DNA of 36,410 bases, taken from a bacterium. GTDB lineage: Bacteria; Cyanobacteriota; Vampirovibrionia; Gastranaerophilales; Gastranaerophilaceae. The translations under genes were made by a program, and so were the position numbers. Location: the NCBI GenBank assembly GCA_017406505.1, contig JAFQYI010000108.1:1-36410 (forward strand). Direction: 5' to 3'. Each line of letters opens with the position of its first letter. Position 1 is the first letter of the stretch. Shown here piece after piece: positions 1-8,689 of this stretch. A model generated the notes under the pieces. The model made no database searches. It was given only the letters and a program-made list of their open reading frames with translations, and was not told where the DNA came from.

Positions 1-339
1 AACTTCAATACCTTTAATTGTCGTTAAACTGCATTCTTTAAATTTATCAATATTTTTACCGTTTCTATAGCCGCAAAAGCCAATAGCTTTAGCAATATCA
101 GGTGTCCGTTCCAATGGAATAGAAACCGTGAATTCATTTGAGGCTTCAATTTGTTCGTGTGTGAATCTCGTGTGGCGTATGTATGTGGTAAACACAAATT
201 TATTCCACTCAATACCGATTTGCCCCCAAGCAATAGCCATTGTGTTTAATTTATCGCCGTTTTTTGTGTTTACCAAAACCCCTTTTTCAAGTTCGGTCAT
301 AATTTTCGGTAAATATTCTATTACATTTATTTTTTGCAT
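1..339 (-). CDS. flavin reductase-like (FMN-binding split-barrel) protein, C-terminal part cut by the window edge
   Basis: Absent from the ORF track because it runs off the left edge. Complement ATG at 339 follows AGAGG-tattt, then 113 sense codons with no stop reach base 1 (MQKINVIEYLPKIMTELEKGVLVNTKNGDKLNTMAIAWGQIGIEWNKFVFTTYIRHTRFTHEQIEASNEFTVSIP...). It starts 8 nt after the rubrerythrin stop, so the two are probably one operon. The family call is from sequence pattern only. Confidence 0.55.
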   Translation of the reverse strand, partial: MQKINVIEYLPKIMTELEKGVLVNTKNGDKLNTMAIAWGQIGIEWNKFVFTTYIRHTRFTHEQIEASNEFTVSIPLERTPDIAKAIGFCGYRNGKNIDKFKECSLTTIKGIEV

Positions 340-347
340 AAATACCT

Positions 348-902
348 CTATACCTTTTTAAATACACCTTTTGCACAACCGCAAATCGGGCATTTGTAAT
401 CATCTGATTCATTATCCAATTCGCCTTCATATTCAAATCCGCAGACAGAACATACATAAACTTTTCCACTACCATTTACCTCTGCATTTACCCCTGCGTA
501 TTTATTATAAATATCTTCTGTTTTAATTCCATGGTGTTTTTCTTGAAGTGCAAAATATTCAACGCTATCGGCTGCTTCGCTTAATCCATAAGAGCGAAGT
601 GCGTCTGCAAGTTTATTTAGATTGCTTTCCCCTTTATATTCCGCTTTTGATAGCCCTTTAACTAATTTCCAAAAATCTTTTTCATTACTTGGATATTTGC
701 CGTTCAATGTTGCATAAAATCCTGCGTGGTTTACTTCTTGATTACCTATGCCTATAAATTCTTTTGCAACTTCTTCCAAACCAAAATCCTGTGCAATGCG
801 AGCCAGTGCATAATACATCATACCGCCCATTGCTTCACCTGTTGCTAATTGTGCAATTTGTTTTTCAAATTCCGTTCCTTTTGTTTGTCCGTATATTCTC
901 AT
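348..902 (-). CDS. rbr: rubrerythrin-family protein (ferritin-like di-iron domain plus C-terminal rubredoxin-type Cys4)
   Basis: Two ExxH di-iron motifs (NQEVNHAG, LQEKHHG) and a C-terminal CSVCG...CPICGC. I moved the start from the track GTG at 908 to the ATG at 902, which has GGAGGTG 5 nt upstream. Confidence 0.85.
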   Translation of the reverse strand: MRIYGQTKGTEFEKQIAQLATGEAMGGMMYYALARIAQDFGLEEVAKEFIGIGNQEVNHAGFYATLNGKYPSNEKDFWKLVKGLSKAEYKGESNLNKLADALRSYGLSEAADSVEYFALQEKHHGIKTEDIYNKYAGVNAEVNGSGKVYVCSVCGFEYEGELDNESDDYKCPICGCAKGVFKKV

Positions 903-1030
903 ATACACCTCCCTTTACAAATTAACCATTATCGTACTATTATCTTAAACAGATAAGTAATATTCAAGTAATTAGATAATACTAACATAGTAAGTTATAA
1001 TTAACTATTAAACTATATAAAGGTTTTGAT

Positions 1031-1408
1031 ATGAAAAAAGCTAAAGATGAAAGAACTGAAAATTTATTATGCCCTATAAAATACTTAACAAAAGTATTAG
1101 GAGGGAGATGGAAATTACCCATCCTTTGTATTTTAGAAATGGGCGGAACTGTAAGATTTGGGCAGATAAAAAAGAAATTGGGGAATGTTTCAAATGTTAT
1201 GCTATCTCAATCATTGCGGGAATTGGAGCATGACGGAATTATAACAAGACATCAATACAACGAAGTTCCGCCGCATGTGGACTACACTATGACAAAAAAA
1301 GGTAAAAAAGTAATCCCTGCTTTGTCTATGCTTGGCGATTGGGCAAAAGAATGTATGAAAGAAGAAAACATAGTACCTGAATGTGAAGAATGTTTATCGG
1401 AAAAATAA
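1031..1408 (+). CDS. HxlR-family winged-helix transcriptional regulator
   Basis: Shows CPIKYLTKVLGGRWKLPILCIL...RFGQIKKKLGNVSNVMLSQSLRELEHDGIITR...VPPHVDYTMTKKG, the typical HxlR/DUF24 pattern. Divergent from the rubrerythrin operon. Confidence 0.85.
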   Translation: MKKAKDERTENLLCPIKYLTKVLGGRWKLPILCILEMGGTVRFGQIKKKLGNVSNVMLSQSLRELEHDGIITRHQYNEVPPHVDYTMTKKGKKVIPALSMLGDWAKECMKEENIVPECEECLSEK

Positions 1409-1422
1409 ATTTTGAGGTGAAT

Positions 1423-3933
1423 ATGTCTGTTAAAGAAGAATCAAAACCAAATAAAATCATAGTAAAAGGGGCAAAAGTCCATAATCTGAAAAATATAGAT
1501 GTGGAAGTTCCTTTGAATAAAATTGTAGGTATTGCGGGAGTTTCAGGTTCCGGTAAATCTTCTCTTGCTCTTGGCGTACTTTATGCTGAAGGTTCAAGGA
1601 GATATTTAGAATCTCTTTCAACATATACAAGAAGAAGAATGACAGGTGCTTCTAAAGCCGATGTTGATGAAATCTTATATGTCCCTGCTTCTCTTGCTTT
1701 GCATCAGCGTCCTGCGCTCCCCGGTATTCGCTCTACTTTTGGAACAGGAACAGAACTTTTAAACAGTTTAAGGCTTATGTTTTCAAGGCTTGGAGAACAT
1801 AAATGCCCGAATGGTCATTATGTTGAACCAACACTTAATGTTGCGGCCGAAAAAGAAATTATTTGTCCTGTTTGCGGTGAAGTTGTCATTCCGCCATCAG
1901 CCGAAGAACTTGCATTTAATTCTCAAGGTGCGTGTCCTAAGTGTGACGGGGTAGGAACTGTCAGAGCCGTTGATATGGATTCCCTTGTTCCTGATGAAAC
2001 GCTATCTATTGATGAAGGTGCTGTTTTACCTTGGCAGACTCTTATGTGGTCTTTGATGAAAGATATTGCGAGAGATATGGGCGTAAGAACAGATGTTCCG
2101 TTTAATCAATTAACTAAAAAAGAACGGGATATTGTTTTTTATGGTGAGCCCAAAAAACATCACATGGTTTATCAAATGAAAACAGGTCAATCAGGAGAAA
2201 TGGATTTTACCTATTTTAACGCTGTTTATACGGTAGAAAATGCTCTTTCTAAAGTCAAAGATGAAAAAGGAATGAAAAGAGTTGAAAAATTTTTGAAAGA
2301 AGATATCTGTCCTGAATGCAATGGAACACGTCTTTCAGAACGTGCAAGAGCGCCAAAATTGTGCGGAAAACATTTGGATGAAGTTTGCAAAATGCCGCTA
2401 TCAGACTTGATTGAATGGGTAAAAAATGTTCCGAGTTCTTTGCCAAAAGATATGCAGTCTATGGCAGAATCTATTTGTGAAGCCTTTCTTGTAACAGCAA
2501 AAAGATTGATGGATTTAGGTTTAGGTTACTTATCGCTCGATAGAGCATCTTCTACTCTTTCTACAGGGGAAAGACAGAGAATGCAATTAGCACGAGCTGT
2601 TAGAAATAGAACGACAGGAGTAATGTATGTCCTTGATGAACCTTCAATAGGCTTGCATCCTGCAAACATCAAGGGGTTGAATGATGTTATGCACGATTTA
2701 GTAAAAGACGGAAATTCTGTAATTTTAGTTGACCACGACACTCAAATTTTATCCGAATCGGATTGGATAATTGAATTAGGACCCGAATCAGGGGTAAATG
2801 GCGGTCAAATTATTAATGAGGGGACCTTACAAGATACAATAAAAAATCCTGTTTCTAAAATAGGAAAATTTTTATCAGGAGAAACAAAAACAAGAATTCG
2901 CCCTGAAATCAAAGATGATATTTTTGAAAAAGGTGAAATAGAGCTTGTTACAAATTCAATTCACACAGTAAAACCTTTAAAAGTAAAATTCCCAAAAGGC
3001 AGGTTGTCTGTTGTTACAGGTGTTTCCGGTTCAGGTAAAACCACACTTATCTTGGAAAGCCTTATCCCTGCTTTGCAAAATAAATTGAATGGTACGAAAT
3101 TGCCCGAACATATTAAAAGTATTAAGTCAGACGGAATAAAACGAATTAAACTGATTGACGCCACACCTATCGGGATAAATGTTCGCTCAACCGTGGCGAC
3201 ATACGCAAATGTCCACGATGAATTAAGAAAAGTTTTTGCTAAAGCTAAAGATGCTAAAGATTTAGGATACAAAGCAGGAGATTTTTCATATAACACCGGA
3301 AACTTAAGATGTCCCGTTTGCGACGGAACGGGAACAATAAGTTTAGATGTTCAGTTTTTGCCTGATGTTGAAATCTCGTGTTCGGAATGTCACGGCTCAA
3401 GATACTCTAAAACTGCCGATAAGATAAAATATACAAATAAAGCAAAAGAAACTTATACTCTGCCTCAACTTATGGCAATGGATATAAATCAGGCACTTAT
3501 TGCTTGCAAAGATTTAAGCACCATAAAAAACAGATTGCAAACCTTAAAGGATTTAGGACTTGGTTATTTAACCTTAGGCGAAGCAACTCCTAATCTTTCA
3601 GGCGGTGAAGCTCAAAGGTTAAAACTTGCATCTGAAATGGGAAGAAAACAAGAGGATACTATTTTTGTTTTTGATGAGCCGACAATAGGTTTGCATCCAA
3701 AAGATGTTCAGACTTTATTACAGGTGTTCCAAAGGTTAATTGATAACAATGCGACAGTAATTGTCATTGAACACGATTTGGATGTTATTGCAAATGCCGA
3801 TTATATAATTGATATGGGGCCGGATGGCGGTGAAGCCGGTGGAAAAGTTGTTTTTGAGGGCTCAGTTAAAGATATTTGTAACTGTGAAACAAGCAAAACC
3901 GGAATGTATTTAAAAAAATATTATGAAAAGTAA
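1423..3933 (+). CDS. UvrA-family ABC ATPase, short paralogue (about 836 aa)
   Basis: Two ABC modules: Walker A GVSGSGKSS and GVSGSGKTT, signatures LSTGERQR and LSGGEAQR, Walker B VLDEPS and VFDEPT. Zinc modules CPVCG...CPKCDG, CPECNG and CPVCDG...CSECHG. I chose the ATG at 1423 (GAGGTG 4 nt upstream) over the track start at 1390. It is about 100 aa shorter than canonical UvrA, so it may lack the UvrB-binding domain; that is inference. Confidence 0.85.
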   Translation: MSVKEESKPNKIIVKGAKVHNLKNIDVEVPLNKIVGIAGVSGSGKSSLALGVLYAEGSRRYLESLSTYTRRRMTGASKADVDEILYVPASLALHQRPALPGIRSTFGTGTELLNSLRLMFSRLGEHKCPNGHYVEPTLNVAAEKEIICPVCGEVVIPPSAEELAFNSQGACPKCDGVGTVRAVDMDSLVPDETLSIDEGAVLPWQTLMWSLMKDIARDMGVRTDVPFNQLTKKERDIVFYGEPKKHHMVYQMKTGQSGEMDFTYFNAVYTVENALSKVKDEKGMKRVEKFLKEDICPECNGTRLSERARAPKLCGKHLDEVCKMPLSDLIEWVKNVPSSLPKDMQSMAESICEAFLVTAKRLMDLGLGYLSLDRASSTLSTGERQRMQLARAVRNRTTGVMYVLDEPSIGLHPANIKGLNDVMHDLVKDGNSVILVDHDTQILSESDWIIELGPESGVNGGQIINEGTLQDTIKNPVSKIGKFLSGETKTRIRPEIKDDIFEKGEIELVTNSIHTVKPLKVKFPKGRLSVVTGVSGSGKTTLILESLIPALQNKLNGTKLPEHIKSIKSDGIKRIKLIDATPIGINVRSTVATYANVHDELRKVFAKAKDAKDLGYKAGDFSYNTGNLRCPVCDGTGTISLDVQFLPDVEISCSECHGSRYSKTADKIKYTNKAKETYTLPQLMAMDINQALIACKDLSTIKNRLQTLKDLGLGYLTLGEATPNLSGGEAQRLKLASEMGRKQEDTIFVFDEPTIGLHPKDVQTLLQVFQRLIDNNATVIVIEHDLDVIANADYIIDMGPDGGEAGGKVVFEGSVKDICNCETSKTGMYLKKYYEK

Positions 3934-4438
3934 TAAAATAATGACTAACAATAACTGTAAAAGTTTCACTCCGTCAATAGATAATAATTCGCGCATCCTT
4001 ATTTTAGGTTCAATGCCGGGAGTAAAATCTTTGGATGAACAGCAGTACTATGCCCATCCACAGAATAGATTTTGGAAAGTTATGGGCAGTATTTGTAACG
4101 TGCCAAATTTGCATGAATATAGTTATGACTTAAAGTTAAAAACCCTTTTAAATAATAATATTGCACTATGGGATACAATAAAAACCTGCGAACGTGAGGG
4201 AAGTTTGGATTCTGATATCCAAAACGAAACCCCAAATGATATAAGGAAACTTCTGAAAACATATCCCAATATTAAGACCATTTGTTTAAACGGCAATAAA
4301 TCATATACCGCATTTAAAAAATATTTTCCTGAGTTGTTTGAAAAATATTCTTGCCACAAAATGCCCTCAACAAGCCCTGCTAATGCCAGATATGGCTTGG
4401 ATAAACTTATAGAGGAATGGAGCGTTATTTTCGTTTAA
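3923..4438 (+). CDS. uracil-DNA glycosylase superfamily protein, family-6-like (hypoxanthine/deoxyinosine DNA glycosylase type)
   Basis: Shows ILILGSMPGVKSLDEQQYYAHPQNRFWKVM plus a C-terminal MPSTSPANA, the UDG-superfamily motif pattern of the hypoxanthine-DNA glycosylase group. The start overlaps the UvrA-paralogue stop by 11 nt. An alternative ATG lies at 3941. Confidence 0.7.
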   Translation: MKSNKIMTNNNCKSFTPSIDNNSRILILGSMPGVKSLDEQQYYAHPQNRFWKVMGSICNVPNLHEYSYDLKLKTLLNNNIALWDTIKTCEREGSLDSDIQNETPNDIRKLLKTYPNIKTICLNGNKSYTAFKKYFPELFEKYSCHKMPSTSPANARYGLDKLIEEWSVIFV

Positions 4439-4725
4439 TTCGGAGTTGCACTCCATATTGAACGGATTTTGAATTAAAATTTTGTCATCGGTTCGTTTTC
4501 AACTCATGTTAAAAAATGTGTCTGAAATGTGCGATATTATTGGTTGATAGGCTTGACTTGTTGTGGAAGTGAGTTAAGATGAATAGTGACATAGCAAGCA
4601 TTTTAAGACTTCACAGGTTCGGATCCAACCCAGGCAGTTTTAAGAGTTTGTGTATATAGATACTCATGATACTTCCTGGTTTTTGTTGTAGATTATCAGA
4701 GAGATTAAGAAAAGTACCCCCGGAA

Positions 4726-4750
4726 GTTTGAGAGTATTCTCAAACTTTTT
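4726..4750 (+). terminator. hairpin plus T-run inside repeat copy 1 (intrinsic-terminator-like)
   Basis: GTTTGAGA-gtat-TCTCAAAC followed by TTTTT. The stem is AT-rich, so function is uncertain. Confidence 0.35.
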
Positions 4751-4863
4751 AAGTTTTTAGGGAAATTGTAGATTATTGTATATTAATAGTGACATTGATT
4801 ATAAATATTCGGCTATAAATAGACTGTAAATTATCAGAGAGATTGAGAAAAGTACCCCCGGAA

Positions 4864-4888
4864 GTTTGAGAGAATTCTCAAACTTTTT
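4864..4888 (+). terminator. hairpin plus T-run inside repeat copy 2 (intrinsic-terminator-like)
   Basis: GTTTGAGAG-aa-TTCTCAAAC followed by TTTTT. This is the same structure as in copy 1. Confidence 0.35.
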
Positions 4889-4985
4889 ACATTTCGGGGG
4901 AAATAATTCAAAACTCAGTGATACAAATTCCGAAACTCTCTGATAATCCGTTCTTAAACTAACTGATACTTTTTTGATAAGTTAT

Positions 4986-5036
4986 GTGTTCTTTTGTGTT
5001 CAATTTTAAAACATCTATTAAACACACTTTAAACAC
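4986..5036. repeat. back-to-back pair of transposon-end-like motif clusters
   Basis: GTGTTC at 4986 and 4996 on the plus strand. The inverted motif TTAAACAC lies at 5018 and 5029. These are the same 8-mers that form the phased arrays at 14177-14228 and 21867-21907. Confidence 0.5.
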
Positions 5037-5039
5037 TAT

Positions 5040-5708
5040 TTAAATACTTTTAATAAGAATACTTTTACTATTTTTAATTTCATTAACTATAAAATTATTA
5101 TCTTTGTACTTTGCATAAAAATATTTGACATTTAACCCCTTATCTAAACATTGTCTAAATAGTATGTTGAATTCCGTATATTTATTGTTTAAAGTAATAT
5201 TCTTAATATTAGAATTTAGAAAAATGAAATAATAATCTATATTATAACCTTCTTGCAAAAGCCAGTATATCTTTTCCAACTGTCTTAAGGCTCTTTCACC
5301 ATATATTGACGGAAATGTTGCAGTTTCTGATTCTGATAACATTGATTTTACTTCAATTATAGTCTTATTTGCAGGAACATAGAAATCTGATTTGTAGTTT
5401 TGAATATTAACTTCTCGTTTAACTTCTAAATTTTTATATCTCTGTTTTAAATATTCGTATACTATACTATTAACAAAATTCAAGTTGACTAATATTATAC
5501 TGTTTTTATTAGCAACAGCCTGAATTGTATATCTTGTTCGCAAATTCTTACCTTTATTTTCGGTTAGCAAAACTTTCTTGTTTTTTAAATTAATTAATTT
5601 ATTAAGATGAGAAGAGCTTGATATATAACATTCTTCAATCTGAGAATCAATTTTAACGTAACCTATAAATCTTTCTTTTGCTTCTTCAATAAAAATTCCT
5701 GTATGCAT
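5040..5708 (-). CDS. sfsA: SfsA-like PD-(D/E)XK nuclease
   Basis: ERFIGYV near the N-terminus, then SDFYV...IIEVKSM (D...ExK), ATFPSIYGERALRQLEKI and GYNIDYYFIF follow the SfsA motif order. The start is uncertain: I prefer the ATG at 5708, while the track start at 5765 would overlap the divergent gene. Confidence 0.6.
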   Translation of the reverse strand: MHTGIFIEEAKERFIGYVKIDSQIEECYISSSSHLNKLINLKNKKVLLTENKGKNLRTRYTIQAVANKNSIILVNLNFVNSIVYEYLKQRYKNLEVKREVNIQNYKSDFYVPANKTIIEVKSMLSESETATFPSIYGERALRQLEKIYWLLQEGYNIDYYFIFLNSNIKNITLNNKYTEFNILFRQCLDKGLNVKYFYAKYKDNNFIVNEIKNSKSILIKSI

Positions 5709-5754
5709 GCTTAATATTATAAAATACGCAAGATTTTTTTGATATAATAATGAA

Positions 5755-7389
5755 ATGAGTAGCATGATTTTGAATGACAGTTTAGCCTATTTATTAGGGT
5801 TGTTATGTGCAAGAGGGCATATATATCCGGCATCAAAGAGAATTGTAATTGAATTTGCCCATAAAAATAAAACTATTGAGGGCATTGCATACTGTCCCAA
5901 ATGTGGAGAAATGGCTACATCCCCTTCTGGTAAAGACTATTTAATGTGTAAAAACAAATCTTGTCAAGCCATTGTTGACAAAAGTGTAAAACCTGTATAT
6001 GAACAACAAGAATCAACTATAGTGTCCTTAAAAGAAATTATAATACCGTTTTTAAATAAAAATATAAATGCAAATTATGATTTAATTGGGAATGAGCACA
6101 TAACCTGTTTAATTATTGATTTTCAAGACAATGAAACTCTATTTAACGAGATTCTTGAAACTATGAATAATAAGTTTGGATTTGATTCATTTGAAATCCC
6201 TGCTATTATTTATTCTACATCTATAGAACTTAAGAAAGAATTTATAAATGGCTTGTTAGATGCAGCAGGATTTTTTAATTCTGGTGGCTGGTATCCAAGA
6301 AACGGACAAAATAGTTCTGCAAGAATGAGAGCATATTTTCAAATTGTAAGAAATTGGAATATGCCTGTTCAAATTTGTAATTTCTTAAAATCTGAGTTTA
6401 AACTTCCCATACAGACAATAGATTGGGGACATCCAAACATAAGAGACGGTGCAATGAAGGATTATTTTGAATCCAATACTTCAAGTTGGAGCAGAGAGCA
6501 TCAGGTCAAATTTTTACCAGAATATTACATTGATTATTTTAAACTTAGATTAACTCATAAACAAAAGATGTTTGAGGAATTAGCAACTCATAACAAAAAT
6601 GCAATTTTTGATTCTGATGAAGATTGTAATGCTCCGACCACAATTACAAAAAAACAACTGAAGGTCTATCATAAAGAAGAAAATAGTAAAAAAATTCCAG
6701 AATGCACTCGGACTCATTGTGATGCTTTTTGGCAAGTATGTGCAAATATGGGGTGTAAATATGCTGTTGCAGAATTAAATGGAAATAAAAATTATTACTT
6801 AACAGGAATTAAAAATTGTTTAAATGCTAGCGAAGTATTAAAAAACTTTGATAGTATTCGCAAGTTTATTACAGCAAAAAGCATTGAAAGTGGCATGAAG
6901 CTTATTGAGAAAAAAGAAACAAAAGAACGAACAATCATTAGAACAAATCCGGAACAACAACTATACAAACCTATGTGTTTATATTTAGAAAAATTTTTAT
7001 CAGAAAAATACAAACAAGAAGTTGTTGTTCATGACACGTCAGCTTTTTATTTGGATAAATTTATAGTACAAAAAGGCTTAGAACAAGAATTTGAGTTCTG
7101 TGATAATTTTAAGATTAAACCAGATATCGTGGGGTTTTTAAGAGCTTCGAAGAAACTGATATTTGTAGAAGTTAAAGATGAAGAATTAACAATTCAAAGT
7201 ATTGGTCAGTTACTGGGATATTGCCTTGTTGCACAACCAGAAGAAGCTATTCTTGTTTCTCCAAAAGAACCAAATATGGCTCTTAAAATGCTATTGACGG
7301 CAGATTCTTCATTCCTACAATATGGGCGAGATTTAAGAATAAAAATTGCAACGTGGGTAGATAATAAGTTTAAATATTTGGAGTACTAG
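5755..7389 (+). CDS. 544-aa protein with a degenerate double-LAGLIDADG-like scaffold, an inserted Zn-ribbon and a C-terminal PD-(D/E)XK-like domain; candidate restriction endonuclease
   Basis: LAYLLGLLCARGH (residues ~11-23) and EFINGLLDAAGFF (~162-174) resemble the two LAGLIDADG helices but lack the terminal acidic residues. The insert is CPKCG...CKNKSC. The C-terminus has KPDIVGF...IFVEVKDE (D...ExK). The gene is convergent with two DNA methyltransferase genes. Confidence 0.5.
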   Translation: MSSMILNDSLAYLLGLLCARGHIYPASKRIVIEFAHKNKTIEGIAYCPKCGEMATSPSGKDYLMCKNKSCQAIVDKSVKPVYEQQESTIVSLKEIIIPFLNKNINANYDLIGNEHITCLIIDFQDNETLFNEILETMNNKFGFDSFEIPAIIYSTSIELKKEFINGLLDAAGFFNSGGWYPRNGQNSSARMRAYFQIVRNWNMPVQICNFLKSEFKLPIQTIDWGHPNIRDGAMKDYFESNTSSWSREHQVKFLPEYYIDYFKLRLTHKQKMFEELATHNKNAIFDSDEDCNAPTTITKKQLKVYHKEENSKKIPECTRTHCDAFWQVCANMGCKYAVAELNGNKNYYLTGIKNCLNASEVLKNFDSIRKFITAKSIESGMKLIEKKETKERTIIRTNPEQQLYKPMCLYLEKFLSEKYKQEVVVHDTSAFYLDKFIVQKGLEQEFEFCDNFKIKPDIVGFLRASKKLIFVEVKDEELTIQSIGQLLGYCLVAQPEEAILVSPKEPNMALKMLLTADSSFLQYGRDLRIKIATWVDNKFKYLEY

Positions 7390-7393
7390 AATT

Positions 7394-7864
7394 ATGGCAT
7401 CTGCAAAAGAAATTCTTTCTGAAAAATTATTATCGTGGCTTAATGAATATTTAACAGAAAAATATTCTTCTAAATATTCAGTTGAAGTATTTATTCCTAA
7501 GTCATACATTTCAAAGCTTCCAAATGATAATATTAAAAAGATTCCTAATTACACTTCTTTTGATTTCAAGCCCGATATACTAGGCATTTTAAAATCAAAA
7601 GAGGAGCCTAATACAGTAAAACTTATTTTTGTGAATAGATCTCCAAGTTCATTATCTTTAAAAGAAATTGGAGAGATAATTTGTTATTCAAGGATTGCAA
7701 ATCCAGAAGAAGCTTTTTTGATTTCTCCAAAAGCGTTAGCAAACGAAGTAAATTTAATATTGCTTGATAAAGCTATGCAAATGAATGTACTTTCTTATGG
7801 TGATAAATTTGTAAAAATTGGTAAATTTGATGGAGAAAGAGTTTTACATATATTTCCAAGATGA
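7394..7864 (+). CDS. 156-aa stand-alone paralogue of the C-terminal domain of the preceding protein, catalytic motif degenerate
   Basis: LLSWLNEYLTEKY...FKPDILGIL...LIFVNRS...IGEIICYSRIANPEEAFLISPKA aligns with CLYLEKFLSEKY...IKPDIVGFL...LIFVEVK...IGQLLGYCLVAQPEEAILVSPKE. The ExK of the large protein is NxS here. It starts 5 nt after the upstream stop. Confidence 0.6.
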   Translation: MASAKEILSEKLLSWLNEYLTEKYSSKYSVEVFIPKSYISKLPNDNIKKIPNYTSFDFKPDILGILKSKEEPNTVKLIFVNRSPSSLSLKEIGEIICYSRIANPEEAFLISPKALANEVNLILLDKAMQMNVLSYGDKFVKIGKFDGERVLHIFPR

Positions 7865-8689
7865 TCACCCTTTCTTTTTAGTATCTCTTTTCCAATAAAT
7901 ACAAATAAATTCATGGACTTTGTTAAATCTAAATACCCAAGGATACCCAAGAGTTTTCATATTATTGTATTCGTGTTGTCTATCCCATATAACAAATTCT
8001 TCCAATTCAAAGCCTATTTCGGTCATAATTCTCGATAAATCCATATGTAATGGATAAAATTTATCTTTTTTCCTTATATCCATTACAACACAGCAGCAAC
8101 GTTTATTGGGTTTCATCACCCTGTAGACTTCTTTATAAACCTCTTTTAATTCAGATAAAAACTTATCATAATCGGATATATTACCTAAATCTTTGTCAGA
8201 TTGTGAATAACCTTTAATATCTTTCTCACTATCTACTGTTCTTCTCATATTAAGAATATCCCAGTATGGCGGGGAATTTAGGCATAAATCAACAGAATTA
8301 TCTTCAAATTTTTTCAAAACTTTCCTTGAATCTCCAAGTAGTATATTTGAAGAATAATCTTCGGGATTGGAATTGTTAATTTCACATTTGCATTCTTCAA
8401 TTCTATTTTTAGCAATTTTTAAATACTCCGGATTTAAATCTATGCCAATACCCCTTTTAGCAAGTTTTTTTGCGGCAATAAGTGTTGAACCGACTCCAAG
8501 AAATGGGTCTAAAATAACTTCTCCATTATCTTTTGTATAAATATTTATCAACTTCTCTGCTAATGCAGATGGAAACATTGCAGGATGTTTTAATTTATTT
8601 TCTTCCTGTGTCTTTTTTATCTCTCTCCAAATGGTAAATGAATGTTGTAACCATTCTTTCCCATTAAAATTGTTCATTCTTTCAGCCAT
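7865..8689 (-). CDS. DNA methyltransferase, N4-cytosine/N6-adenine family (SPPY motif)
   Basis: HPAMFPSALAEKLI, DPFLGVGST (SAM motif I) and LNSPPYWD (motif IV). Here motif I precedes motif IV. The target base cannot be decided from sequence. Confidence 0.85.
   Translation of the reverse strand: MAERMNNFNGKEWLQHSFTIWREIKKTQEENKLKHPAMFPSALAEKLINIYTKDNGEVILDPFLGVGSTLIAAKKLAKRGIGIDLNPEYLKIAKNRIEECKCEINNSNPEDYSSNILLGDSRKVLKKFEDNSVDLCLNSPPYWDILNMRRTVDSEKDIKGYSQSDKDLGNISDYDKFLSELKEVYKEVYRVMKPNKRCCCVVMDIRKKDKFYPLHMDLSRIMTEIGFELEEFVIWDRQHEYNNMKTLGYPWVFRFNKVHEFICIYWKRDTKKKG

Larger units (their letters stand above)
4692..4907 (+). repeat. two copies of a ~60-77 bp unit in direct orientation with a 138-bp period
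   Basis: 4692-4751 and 4830-4889 differ at 2 positions (ATTATCAGAGAGATTaAGAAAAGTACCCCCGGAAGTTTGAGAGtATTCTCAAACTTTTTA). Weaker similarity continues to 4768 and 4907 (..TTTTTAGGGAAATTG versus ..ATTTCGGGGGAAATAA). Confidence 0.9.

Noticed and set aside
24-361. Track ORFs 24..233(-) and 128..361(+).
   Set aside because: Both overlap the open minus-strand frame 339->1. That frame has a good SD, reads as a flavin-reductase-like protein, and continues the rubrerythrin operon. The two track ORFs are low-complexity shadow frames.
4606-4634. GGTTCGGATCC resembles a tRNA T-loop (GGTTCGAATCC), suggesting a tRNA or tRNA-fragment att site at the island border.
   Set aside because: I could not build a T-stem longer than 4 bp, nor an acceptor or anticodon arm, on either strand. 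At most it is a decayed fragment, so no tRNA is called.
4692-4907. Possible CRISPR array, also considered for the triple repeat at 31544-31632.
   Set aside because: There are only two or three imperfect copies. Unit lengths (60-77 bp, or 24 bp with 8-bp spacers) and spacing do not fit repeat-spacer architecture, and there are no cas genes in the window.
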